Below, piece by piece: positions 23,101 through 33,057 of a stretch of 33,057 nt of DNA. Below the pieces are notes generated by a model. The model made no database searches. It was not told the DNA's origin and saw only the letters and a list, made by a program, of their open reading frames with translations. The first letter of the stretch is position 1. Each line of letters begins with the position of its first letter. The stretch covers positions 1 to 33,057 of the forward strand of contig JAUCBJ010004788.1 in the NCBI GenBank assembly GCA_032718475.1, in the 5' to 3' direction. The stretch comes from Nemertoderma westbladi. Its lineage: Eukaryota; Animalia; Xenacoelomorpha. The position numbers and the translations under genes are program-made.

Positions 23101-24827
23101 TGGTTAATACTGTTGGTGTAGACGCCGACTCCAAACTGGGTAAGTGGAATCTACCGTGGTTGATACTGTTATTATAGACGCCGACTCCAAACTGGGTAAG
23201 TGGAATCTACCGTGGTTGATACTGTTGGTGTAGACGCCGACTCCAAACTGGGTAAGTGGAATCTACCGTGGTTGATACTGTTGGTGTAGACGCCGACTCC
23301 AAACTGGGTAAGTGGAATCTACCGTGGTGGATACTGTTGGTGTAGACGCCGACTCCAAACTGGGTAAGTGGAATCTACCGTGGTTGATACTGTTGGTGTA
23401 GACGCCGACTCCAAACTGGGTAAGTGGAATCTACCGTGGTTGATACTGTTGGTGTAGACGCCGACTCCAAACTGGGTAAGTGGAATCTACCGTGGTTGAT
23501 ACTGTTGGTGTAGACGCCGACTCCAAACTGGGTAAGTGGAATCTACCGTGGTTGATACTGTTATTATAGACGCCGACTCCAAACTGGGTAAGTGGAATCT
23601 ACCGTGGTTGATACTGTTATTGTAGACGCCGACTCCAAACTGGGTAAGTGGAATCTACCGTGGTTGATACTGTTGGTGTAGACGCCGACTCCAAACTGGG
23701 TAAGTGGAATCTACCGTGGTTGATACTGTTGGTGTAGACGCCGACTCCAAACTGGGTAAGTGGAATCTACCGTGGTTGATACTGTTGGTATAGACGCCGA
23801 CTCCAAACTGGGTAAGTGGAATCTACCGTGGTTGATACTGTTGGTGTAGACGCCGACTCCAAACTGGGTAAGTGGAATCTACCGTGGTTGATACTGTTAT
23901 TATAGACGCCGACTCCAAACTGGGTAAGTGGAATCTACCGTGGTTGATACTGTTATTGTAGACGCCGACTCCAAACTGGGTAAGTGGAATCTACCGTGGT
24001 TGATACTGTTGGTGTAGACGCCGACTCTAAACTGGGTAAGTGGAATCTACCATGGTTGATACTGTTGGTGTAGACGCCGACTCCAAACTGGGTAAGTGGA
24101 ATCTACCGTGGTTGATACTGCTATTGTAGACGCCGACTCCAAACTGGGTAAGTGGAATCTACCGTGGTTGATACTGTTATTGTAGACGCCGACTCCAAAC
24201 TGGGTAAGTGGAATCTACCGTGGTTGATACTGTTGGTGTAGACGCCGACTCCAAACTGGGTAAGTGGAATCTACCGTGGTTGATACTGTTGGTGTAAACG
24301 CCGACTCCAAACTGGGTAAGTGGAATCTACCGTGGTTGATACTGTTATTATAGACGCCGACTCCAAACTGGGTAAGTGGAATCTACCGTGGTTGATACTG
24401 TTGGTGTAGACGCCGACTTCAAACTGGGTAAGTGGAATCTACCGTGGTTGATACTGTTATTATAGACGCCGACTCCAAACTGGGTAAGTGGAATCTACCG
24501 TGGTTGATACTGTTGGTGTAGACGCCGACTCCAAACTGGGTAAGTGGAATCTACCGTGGTTGATACTGTTGGTGTAGACGCCGACTCCAAACTGGGTAAG
24601 TGGAATCTACCGTGGTTGATACTGTTGGTGTAGACGCCGACTCCAAACTGGGTAAGTGGAATCTACCGTGGTTGATACTGTTGGTGTAGACGCCGACTCC
24701 AAACTGGGTAAGTGGAATCTACCGTGGTTGATACTGTTATTGTAGACGCCGACTCCAAACTGGGTAAGTGGAATCTACCGTGGTTGATACTGTTATTGTA
24801 ATCATCGACTCCAACCATGGTATAAGT
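20121..24827 (+). repeat. 56-nt tandem array (~83 copies): last 49 nt of exon 16 plus donor GTAAGTG
   Basis: gaatctaccgtggttgatactgtt(gg/at)tgtagacgccgactccaaactgg|gtaagtg; the first copy is coding. Confidence 0.97.
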
Positions 24828-25181
24828 GATAACACCAGTAAATAGGGTGCAACATATTCTTGTTTCTTTCATTTTTATTGATATTGTTTCTACCAATTAT
24901 TGTTAAAGTAATTTGAGGTTAGTTTGGAAATGGCGTGTTTAGTATTCAAATTAAATTAATTTAATTAATATATTAAGAGAATGTAACAGGTTACATTGGT
25001 TTTTTCTAATCAAAACAATAATATGAAAAACTAGATTTAATAGGCGACAAATTTGTCCGCAGAGATCACTCTTTTCACTTGCGATATTATCTGAATTTTA
25101 GACTTTAGTTTATTTGTTGCTTTAGTTAAATTGTAAAATAATTTAGAAATTACGATAGGGACATTATTGAATTATTTACAG

Positions 25182-25388
25182 AGGATGATTACAACGACTG
25201 CGTGGCGTCCGGGTCCCAGTGCCTTCCGACCTACGAGTATTCTATCAGCATCAACCCCCCGGACGTAAATACAGGATACGGAAAGAAATTCTACGTGGAG
25301 AAACTCACCGGAAAGTTGCGGCTCTCAAAAACCGTCGATTTCGAGGACACAACCTTGACGACGAAAACACCGATAATCACATACACCT
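25182..25388 (+). CDS. Cadherin exon 17 (EDDYND...KTVDFEDT)
   Basis: ttacag / gtacgt; donor chosen by phase fit. Confidence 0.82.
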
Positions 25389-25706
25389 GTACGTATTTGT
25401 TAGTGTTAGGGTAAAAACACAGAAAACTGTCGGCTAAAATTAACTTCACTAAAATACGGAAAAGTATAAATTTTCTAAGAACATATATATTTCACAGAGA
25501 ATTTCATGGAGATACTGATAATGGTTTATCTCCTTCAGCCTTTTTTTTTAATTTTTTAATCTACAAATACCCCCAAAATTATCGCGTTACGGTTGAAATA
25601 TTAGTTATTTAATCACGGACATATTTATAGGCCTAGTTCGGGTTTGACAATTTAATATCGCCAATAATAAATTAACCTTAAGATAGCTGACAATATTTAT
25701 TTACAG

Positions 25707-25888
25707 TGACAGATTCCACCTCGGGTGATGTGAAAACCGGTAAATCAGCTACCAACACGTTCGATGTTACCGTTACTGTAGTTGATGTAAACGATGTGTC
25801 TCCAATATTCGCCAAGCAACCCGCATCCCCCACTTACCAAGCATTGTACGAGGGCTGTATTCCAGAGAACGCCGGTCTGGGAACTTCT
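25707..25888 (+). CDS. Cadherin exon 18 (VDVNDVSPIF...IPENAGLGTS)
   Basis: ttacag / gttagt. Confidence 0.9.
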
Positions 25889-25944
25889 GTTAGTTGTCTG
25901 TGATACGAACTCTTTTTCATATTCGGACTCATATTCTTACTATT

Positions 25945-27413
25945 GAATCGAGAGTACACGTTTATTACCAAAACATTTTGGTTTTCGTGGTAAAATTAAT
26001 TAATTATTTATTTAGTAACAGCACAATTTTTTAAAATTAATAATATTCTAGTAATTTAATTTATAAAACAATAATGAGTTAAAAATCATGTAGGTTGATG
26101 TTCATAGTTCATTAAAAACAGTGCAGCCTTCAGCTTCGACAATCTACGAGAAAATGAGGTGCAATTATTGTAATGGGCGGCTTCTGTTGCTTGGCAACTG
26201 CATAAACAGCAAATGCATGAATCGATAGGTGACCAGCAGTTCGGTGTGGAACATAGCTTATGGTGGCAACCGTTTGACACTAGCTGTGCCATTGATCGCC
26301 GCCGATACCCTGTTAAACCCGCTAAGTTAGTGTCAGAGCTCGAAGCGTTGTCAATTGATTCTAGAATAGGGGTGGACCGGGCATATTTCGAGATTCCGCA
26401 CCACATTTTCCAGTAAAAGGCACGTACTTTACGTATATGTTCCAAAGAGTTAATATTATCTTTTGTGGTAAATATATCACAACCATATGTTACTGTCGGA
26501 AGGACAATAGCTATGTATAATTTCCTAGCGGTTTCCATGTTAGTCATTGGTAGGTTGACTTTGGTGGCGATTCGAGCACAACATGCTATACTTTCTTATA
26601 TAGGTGTGTGTAGTGTTTGCTGGCGCCGTTCTTTGTGGATAGTACCACTCCTAGATATTCGAAACTATCACAAAATTCTATACTTTGTCCCATATATGTC
26701 AATATATCTGATCTTGCCGGGTGTCCACCTCTCCTGAATTTTACGGCTTTTGTTTTCGACAAATTGACTGTCAGATTGTTTACCCTGCAGTATTCAGCAA
26801 GTTTATCCAGTGATTCTTGTACATCAGCTATTGTTTGTCCAGCGATTACAAGGTCGTCCGCACCGCATACATCCATATCCAACATGCTGCTATAGCGATC
26901 GCAGCAGGGAGATCGTGTACAAATAGTGCAAATAATAAAGGGGAGAGTTTGTCGCCTTGAACTACCCCGATTGTTTGTGCAATCGGATCTAATACGTAAT
27001 TGCCGATGCAGATACATACAAAATTAATTGCTAGGATGGACCATAGTACTTCTATAAACGTTTTGCTTACACCGCAGGATGAAAGCTTGGTGCATAGTAG
27101 CTCCCTGTTCACAGAATCGAAGGCCTTAGTGAAATCGATGAAAACACAATATAAGTGGCCTCCTGGCAATGAAATAGAGGATGAAATTCGATTGAATAAC
27201 TGACGGACCGCCATGAGAGTTGACCTGCCCCGTCTGAATCCATACTGTTCGTCTGGGAAAGCACCCACAGATTCAGCCCATTTATACATTCTCTTTGCTA
27301 GGATCGACGTATATGTTTTCAAGACACACAATAACAGTGCAATACCCCTATAATAGCTAGGCTCCGATTTCGTTCCTTTACCTTTGAATAAGGGCAATAA
27401 GTAGGCGGTCATC
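25945..27413 (-). mobile_element. 5'-truncated, frameshifted non-LTR retrotransposon (RT domain plus C-terminal Cys/His motif) with 12-bp TSD
   Basis: YRGIALL, EQYGFRRGRST, FIDFTKAFDSV, GVVQGDKLSPLLF, frameshifted YADD, EYLGV; ATTCTTACTATT at 25933-44 and 27414-25; AATAAA near the 3' end. Confidence 0.92.
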
Positions 27414-27605
27414 ATTCTTACTATTAATTACACTATAACGCTATAATGCGGTTTCATTATAGTGAGTGGTTAAAGACGGCCAAGTACTGTTGTAGGGTTG
27501 AACACAGTGGCAGCATATGATGGTATAGACAGATGTGATGCCATGAGGAGGTAAATTGCGGACATACAAGGTATCAGATAGTATTTCCAGATCTATCTTT
27601 TACCT

Positions 27606-27679
27606 GAGCCGCTAGCTGAATAGTTAGAGCGTCAGACTTCCAACCCGGAGGTCACCAGTTCGATCCAAGCCGGACGTCA
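27606..27679 (+). pseudogene. Degenerate tRNA or tRNA-derived SINE head
   Basis: A-box tagctgaatagttagagcg and B-box agttcgatcca at tRNA spacing; TCC in the anticodon position; stems mismatched. Confidence 0.6.
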
Positions 27680-27823
27680 TTGCCGACTTTGCAAAAGCTG
27701 TGCCCAACAAAATGTTTAATGCTAGTACAGTATTAGACTATTTTAAACTATTACATTACAGTAAATCTGTTTCTGCATATCTTTATCTTTTTTACCTAAA
27801 AAACTCACATTTTCTGTATTCAG

Positions 27824-28001
27824 GTTCCATCTATTGAGTTTAAATTCTCGGACGAAGACTTCCCCCCTACACTACCCATTACTATAGAGTTAGGCAACGC
27901 CGGTAAGGAATTCGCTGTTTCTGGCACCTCTCTCATCGTTGATAAAGACAACGCTTTTAATTTTGAATCGGCGACAAAATTCTACAACATGACAGTTATA
28001 G
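27824..28001 (+). CDS. Cadherin exon 19 (FSDEDFPP...FNFESAT)
   Basis: attcag / gtgagt. Confidence 0.88.
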
Positions 28002-28114
28002 GTGAGTTTTCATATTATTGTATGGCGAATCATTTCAATTCACTTTCAGTGTATAAATTGGTAACTATACTTCGTTCGTTCACTCTATTATACTGTTTCT
28101 GTTGTATATTTCAG

Positions 28115-28321
28115 TTAAGGATACCCCATTGGCCTCGGACCCCCAGTTCACCGGGACTGCCATTGTTTCCGTTTGTATCAAACCCTGGAACGAGTTCACC
28201 CCAGTCTGGAGTCCGCCTACGCCTCTCGCACTCACTCTACAGGAGAGCGAACTCGCTGTGGTCGAGGTTGGCGGGCTAACCGCTACAGATAGTGATGACG
28301 ATGTCCCCACCGATAGCAGAT
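28115..28321 (+). CDS. Cadherin exon 20 (VKDTP...WNEFTPVW...ATDSDDD)
   Basis: tttcag / gttagt. Confidence 0.9.
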
Positions 28322-28956
28322 GTTAGTAAACGAGGGTCTATTGGGGGGTAGAAGTGAAAGTGAGAGGGATTCTTCGATACCTCCCGTGAATCTTCGAAGT
28401 GGGACTGTATCAGGGTTGCTGATAAAATGGTGAAAACATCTCTAGATTCGGTGTTGAACTGCCGGAACTATGTTATTATTAATATGAAACAATTATTTTA
28501 AAGTAGAAACTGTAGGAGTTTGGCGAGGAGTTTTGTAGGAGGTTTGTAAGGAGTTTGCTGTTACAAAAGAAACGGGATTCCACTGGCAGAGGGTATGCGA
28601 GAAGGAACTAAAAGTGACGAAACATCCCCTTAAATACTCAAACATTATGTAAATTAGGAACAGACCGTTTAGATGCTGATTGGTTGCAGCTCGTCACTGA
28701 TTGGTCGAAGCTACTGGTTGGCCAACCAGTTACGTTTCGAGCCTATTGTATGTAAGTAATTAGGGGGAGGGGGGGGGGGGGGGGGGGTAACACCGGTGAT
28801 CTGGGAACTACTGTTGAATATTGGCTGGTGAGAGCTGGGCTCATTGAAAGCAAACGTCCCCGCGTGTGGCAAGCCAAGCGAGACCAAACTGGGCAAACCT
28901 ACACACGATTATTCAAATACATATCGTCACTGTGATTTTTTTTATATTTTTTTCAG

Positions 28957-29127
28957 CGACTGATGGCGGAATCACCTACAGTATTGCGAGTCCAGCGCCT
29001 CCTGAGTTCAACGTGGACGCGACTTCGGGGAAGATATTCACAACGACGGCATTGGATTACGAGAAAGCCACAACTTTAGAGTACAGGTTCCTAGTTACAG
29101 CTACAGACGGTGGAACGGTTGCTACTG
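28957..29127 (+). CDS. Cadherin exon 21 (DGGITYSI...ALDYEK...ATDGGTVAT)
   Basis: tttcag / gtgagt. Confidence 0.92.
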
Positions 29128-31899
29128 GTGAGTACAGGTTCCTAGTTACAGCTACAGACGGTGGAACGGTTGCTACTGGTGAGTACAGGTTCCTACTGTA
29201 GTTACAACTACAGACGGTGGAACGGTTGCTACTGGTGAGTACAGGTTCCTACTGTAGTTACAGCTACAGACGGTGGAACGGTTGCTACTGGTGAGTACAG
29301 GTTCCTACTGTAGTTACAGCTACAGACGGTGGAACGGTTGCTACTGGTGAGTACAGGTTCCACTGAGTTACAGCTACAGACGGTGGAACGGTTGCTACTG
29401 GTGAGTACAGGTTCCTACTGTAGTTACAGCTACAGACGGTGGAACGGTTGCTACTGGTGAGTACAGGTTCCTACTGTAGTTACAGCTACAGACGGTGGAA
29501 CGGTTGCTACTGGTGAGTACAGGTTCCTACTGTAGTTACAGCTACAGACGGTGGAACGGTTGCTACTGGTGAGTACAGGTTCCTACTGTAGTTACAGCTA
29601 CAGACGGTGGAACGGTTGCTACTGGTGAGTACAGGTTCCTACTGTAGTTACAGCTACAGACGGTGGAACGGTTGCTACTGGTGAGTACAGGTTCCTACTG
29701 TAGTTACAGCTACAGACGGTGGAACGGTTGCTACTGGTGAGTACAGGTTCCTACTGTAGTTACAGCTACAGACGGTGGAACGGTTGCTACTGGTGAGTAC
29801 AGGTTCCTACTGTAGTTACAGCTACAGACGGTGGAACGGTTGCTACTGGTGAGTACAGGTTCCTACTGTAGTTACAGCTACAGACGGTGGAACGGTTGCT
29901 ACTGGTGAGTACAGGTTCCTACTGTAGTTACAGCTACAGACGGTGGAACGGTTGCTACTGGTGAGTACAGGTTCCTACTGTAGTTACAGCTACAGACGGT
30001 GGAACGGTTGCTACTGGTGAGTACAGGTTCCTACTGTAGTTACAGCTACAGACGGTGGAACGGTTGCTACTGGTGAGTACAGGTTCCTACTGTAGTTACA
30101 GCTACAGACGGTGGAACGGTTGCTACTGGTGAGTACAGGTTCCTACTGTAGTTACAGCTACAGACGGTGGAACGGTTGCTACTGGTGAGTACAGGTTCCT
30201 ACTGTAGTTACAGCTACAGACGGTGGAACGGTTGCTACTGGTGAGTACAGGTTCCTACTGTAGTTACAGCTACAGACGGTGGAACGGTTGCTACTGGTGA
30301 GTACAGGTTCCTACTGTAGTTACAGCTACAGACGGTGGAACGGTTGCTACTGGTGAGTACAGGTTCCTACTGTAGTTACAGCTACAGACGGTGGAACGGT
30401 TGCTACTGGTGAGTACAGGTTCCTACTGTAGTTACAGCTACAGACGGTGGAACGGTTGCTACTGGTGAGTACAGGTTCCTACTGTAGTTACAGCTACAGA
30501 CGGTGGAACGGTTGCTACTGGTGAGTACAGGTTCCTACTGTAGTTACAGCTACAGACGGTGGAACGGTTGCTACTGGTGAGTACAGGTTCCTACTGTAGT
30601 TACAGCTACAGACGGTGGAACGGTTGCTACTGGTGAGTACAGGTTCCTACTGTAGTTACAGCTACAGACGGTGGAACGGTTGCTACTGGTGAGTACAGGT
30701 TCCTACTGTAGTTACAGCTACAGACGGTGGAACGGTTGCTACTGGTGAGTACAGGTTCCTACTGTAGTTACAGCTACAGACGGTGGAACGGTTGCTACTG
30801 GTGAGTACAGGTTCCTACTGTAGTTACAGCTACAGACGGTGGAACGGTTGCTACTGGTGAGTCAGGTTCCTAGTTACAGCTACAGACGGTGGAACGGTTG
30901 CTACTGGTGAGTACAGGTTCCTACTGTAGTTACAGCTACAGACGGTGGAACGGTTGCTACTGGTGAGTACAGGTTCCTACTGTAGTTACAGCTACAGACG
31001 GTGGAACGGTTGCTACTGGTGAGTACAGGTTCCTACTGTAGTTACAGCTACAGACGGTGGAACGGTTGCTACTGGTGAGTACAGGTTCCTACTGTAGTTA
31101 CAGCTACAGACGGTGGAACGGTTGCTACTGGTGAGTACAGGTTCCTACTGTAGTTACAGCTACAGACGGTGGAACGGTTGCTACTGGTGAGTACAGGTTC
31201 CTACTGTAGTTACAGCTACAGACGGTGGAACGGTTGCTACTGGTGAGTACAGGTTCCTACTGTAGTTACAGCTACAGACGGTGGAACGGTTGCTACTGGT
31301 GAGTACAGGTTCCTACTGTAGTTACAGCTACAGACGGTGGAACGGTTGCTACTGGTGAGTACAGGTTCCTACTGTAGTTACAGCTACAGACGGTGGAACG
31401 GTTGCTACTGGTGAGTACAGGTTCCTACTGTAGTTACAGCTACAGACGGTGGAACGGTTGCTACTGGTGAGTACAGGTTCCTACTGTAGTTACAGCTACA
31501 GACGGTGGAACGGTTGCTACTGGTGAGTACAGGTTCCTACTGTAGTTACAGCTACAGACGGTGGAACGGTTGCTACTGGTGAGTACAGGTTCCTACTGTA
31601 GTTACAGCTACAGACGGTGGAACGGTTGCTACTGGTGAGTACAGGTTCCTACTGTAGTTACAGCTACAGACGGTGGAACGGTTGCTACTGGTGAGTACAG
31701 GTTCCTACTGTAGTTACAGCTACAGACGGTGGAACGGTTGCTACTGGTGAGTACAGGTTCCTACTGTAGTTACAGCTACAGACGGTGGAACGGTTGCTAC
31801 TGGTGAGTACAGGTTCCTACTGTAGTTACAGCTACAGTCGGTGGAACGGTTGCTACTGGTGAGTACAGGTTCCTACTGTAGTTACAGCTACAGCTACAG
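29079..31899 (+). repeat. 56-nt tandem array (~50 copies): last 49 nt of exon 21, the donor GT and a CTGTA insertion
   Basis: gagtacaggttccta[ctgta]gttacagctacagacggtggaacggttgctactg|gt; the first two units are 51 nt. Confidence 0.97.
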
Positions 31900-32054
31900 G
31901 CGGGGGCCAGGGGGCGTAAACTGGTGTAGTCTGTTATAATTTAAGAACCTCACGTGAGTTGCAAATTTGAGAATTTAAGTTTGAAATTACATCTTGTTGT
32001 ATACTTGTATGTTATTGTTATTGTTCGCCAAGATTATGCCGTTATTAACACTAG

Positions 32055-32260
32055 GTGGGGCTAAGTTCGCTTCCCGTGAGGTCGTCATTAGTCTAACAGA
32101 CGCCAACGACAATGCCCCTCTGTGTACCACATACAGTGCGGTTGTGGAGCTGGCCGAAGGTACCGCCTCGGCTGGGGACGTGGATGTTTATGACTTGTCT
32201 AATTTCGGTTGCACTGACGCCGACAAAACTGCCGCCAATAACCAACTATCCTACGCAATC
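32055..32260 (+). CDS. Cadherin exon 22 (TDANDNAPLC...GCTDADK)
   Basis: cactag / gtgagt. Confidence 0.92.
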
Positions 32261-32428
32261 GTGAGTAAAGATCATCCAATCATAACTGGAAGGTGACTGA
32301 CTGCCTCGGCGCTACCGGTAGCATTATAAGCTACTGTAGCCTTCTGTGTAGAGGTATCGTGGTACTGTAGCTACTGGTTCCACGGACACTAAATCTTCAA
32401 TGAATCCAGATGAACCATTATCTCTTAG

Positions 32429-32615
32429 GTGAGCGCCACCCCTGATCCGTTCGCCCTAGATCTCGCCACCTCAACCAAAGTTATACTAAAATCCTCAAAA
32501 TCCGTAGACTACGACGCCGCGGCGGCCACGAGAAGCTACTCTTTGGATCTGGAAGTTACAGATTCTGGAACTCCGCCACTAAAGAGACAACTTAGAGTAT
32601 TGATACTAATTACAG
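32429..32615 (+). CDS. Cadherin exon 23 (SVDYDAA...VTDSGTPPL)
   Basis: tcttag / gtaccg; next exon lies outside the window. Confidence 0.88.
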
Positions 32616-32749
32616 GTACCGTCTATTAAATATTAAATATTATTATCGATTTAAAAAGAGTGTCGAGAGTAGAATTTTACATAAACCAAGTTTAATCCGT
32701 CACGTTTGTACATCAGATACACTAATAGGATACAACCGAATGTTTGGTA

Positions 32750-33057
32750 TGATAGAACCAGTACTCCTATATTGGAGTTCATGCTGGGTTCTAACTGTGG
32801 GTGCCCCACCTCTCCTGACCGCACTTACTGAATGCTACGGCGGCAGGTTTATTGCAGGACGTCCTTTAATACTATTATTGTATTTAAGGACACCTTGATT
32901 TATGGTGCCAAGTACAATGAACACAACTCCAATCAGACACTATATAACATTGGAGGTGTCTCATTGGTTCCCCCAAGCTTGTCACTTGAACGAAACCGCC
33001 TCCGCTTTGCAGGACATTGCTTCCGACGCGAGGACCAGTCAGTGCATAATCTTTTGC
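32750..33057 (+). mobile_element. RTE-clade LINE 3' end remnant (runs off window)
   Basis: IEPVLLY...; LERNRLRFAGHCFRREDQSVHNL. Confidence 0.72.

Larger units (their letters stand above)
2651..32615 (+). other. Large multi-exon cadherin-repeat gene (Fat/Dachsous/CDH23-like ectodomain), partial; 23 exons, ~1,466 aa, ~13 cadherin repeats
   Basis: Manually joined GT-AG exons give one uninterrupted frame with matching phases. Recurrent cadherin motifs PEN, DxD, (L/F/I/V)D(Y/F/R/K)(E/D) and DxNDxxP. No signal peptide or TM segment seen in the window. Confidence 0.93.

Noticed and set aside
20121-24827. CRISPR array (also considered for 1-1591 and 29079-31899)
   Set aside because: Head-to-tail repeats with no unique spacers, no cas genes, and a eukaryotic intron context.
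21994-24896. Minus-strand ORFs MESASTPT...
   Set aside because: Antisense read-through of the 56-nt repeat cycling through frames.
27606-27679. Functional tRNA-Gly(TCC)
   Set aside because: Acceptor, anticodon and T stems are mismatched; kept only as a pseudogene or SINE head.
28645-28790. Promoter suggested by two inverted CCAAT boxes, an octamer-like motif and a G-run
   Set aside because: No associated ORF or RNA gene seen; more likely a repeat fragment.

Overview
AT-rich animal (invertebrate-like) genomic DNA. The whole window lies inside one large + strand cadherin-repeat gene whose start and end are outside the window. By hand I can join 23 GT-AG exons (2651-32615) into a single open, phase-consistent frame of about 1,466 aa with about 13 extracellular cadherin repeats. 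The fourth intron holds an intact, intronless, same-strand DHHC palmitoyltransferase gene (5747-6823). The introns also hold RTE-type LINE remnants, a TSD-flanked truncated LINE, a TSD-flanked SINE, a MITE with an 8-bp TSD and five tandem arrays. The most unusual signal is that three of the large arrays are amplified copies of the gene's own splice junctions. One repeats an acceptor about 30 times (roughly half the copies have lost the AG). Two repeat a donor about 83 and about 50 times; both copy exactly the last 49 nt of the exon and both have a 56-nt unit. Smaller duplications or relics occur at other junctions.
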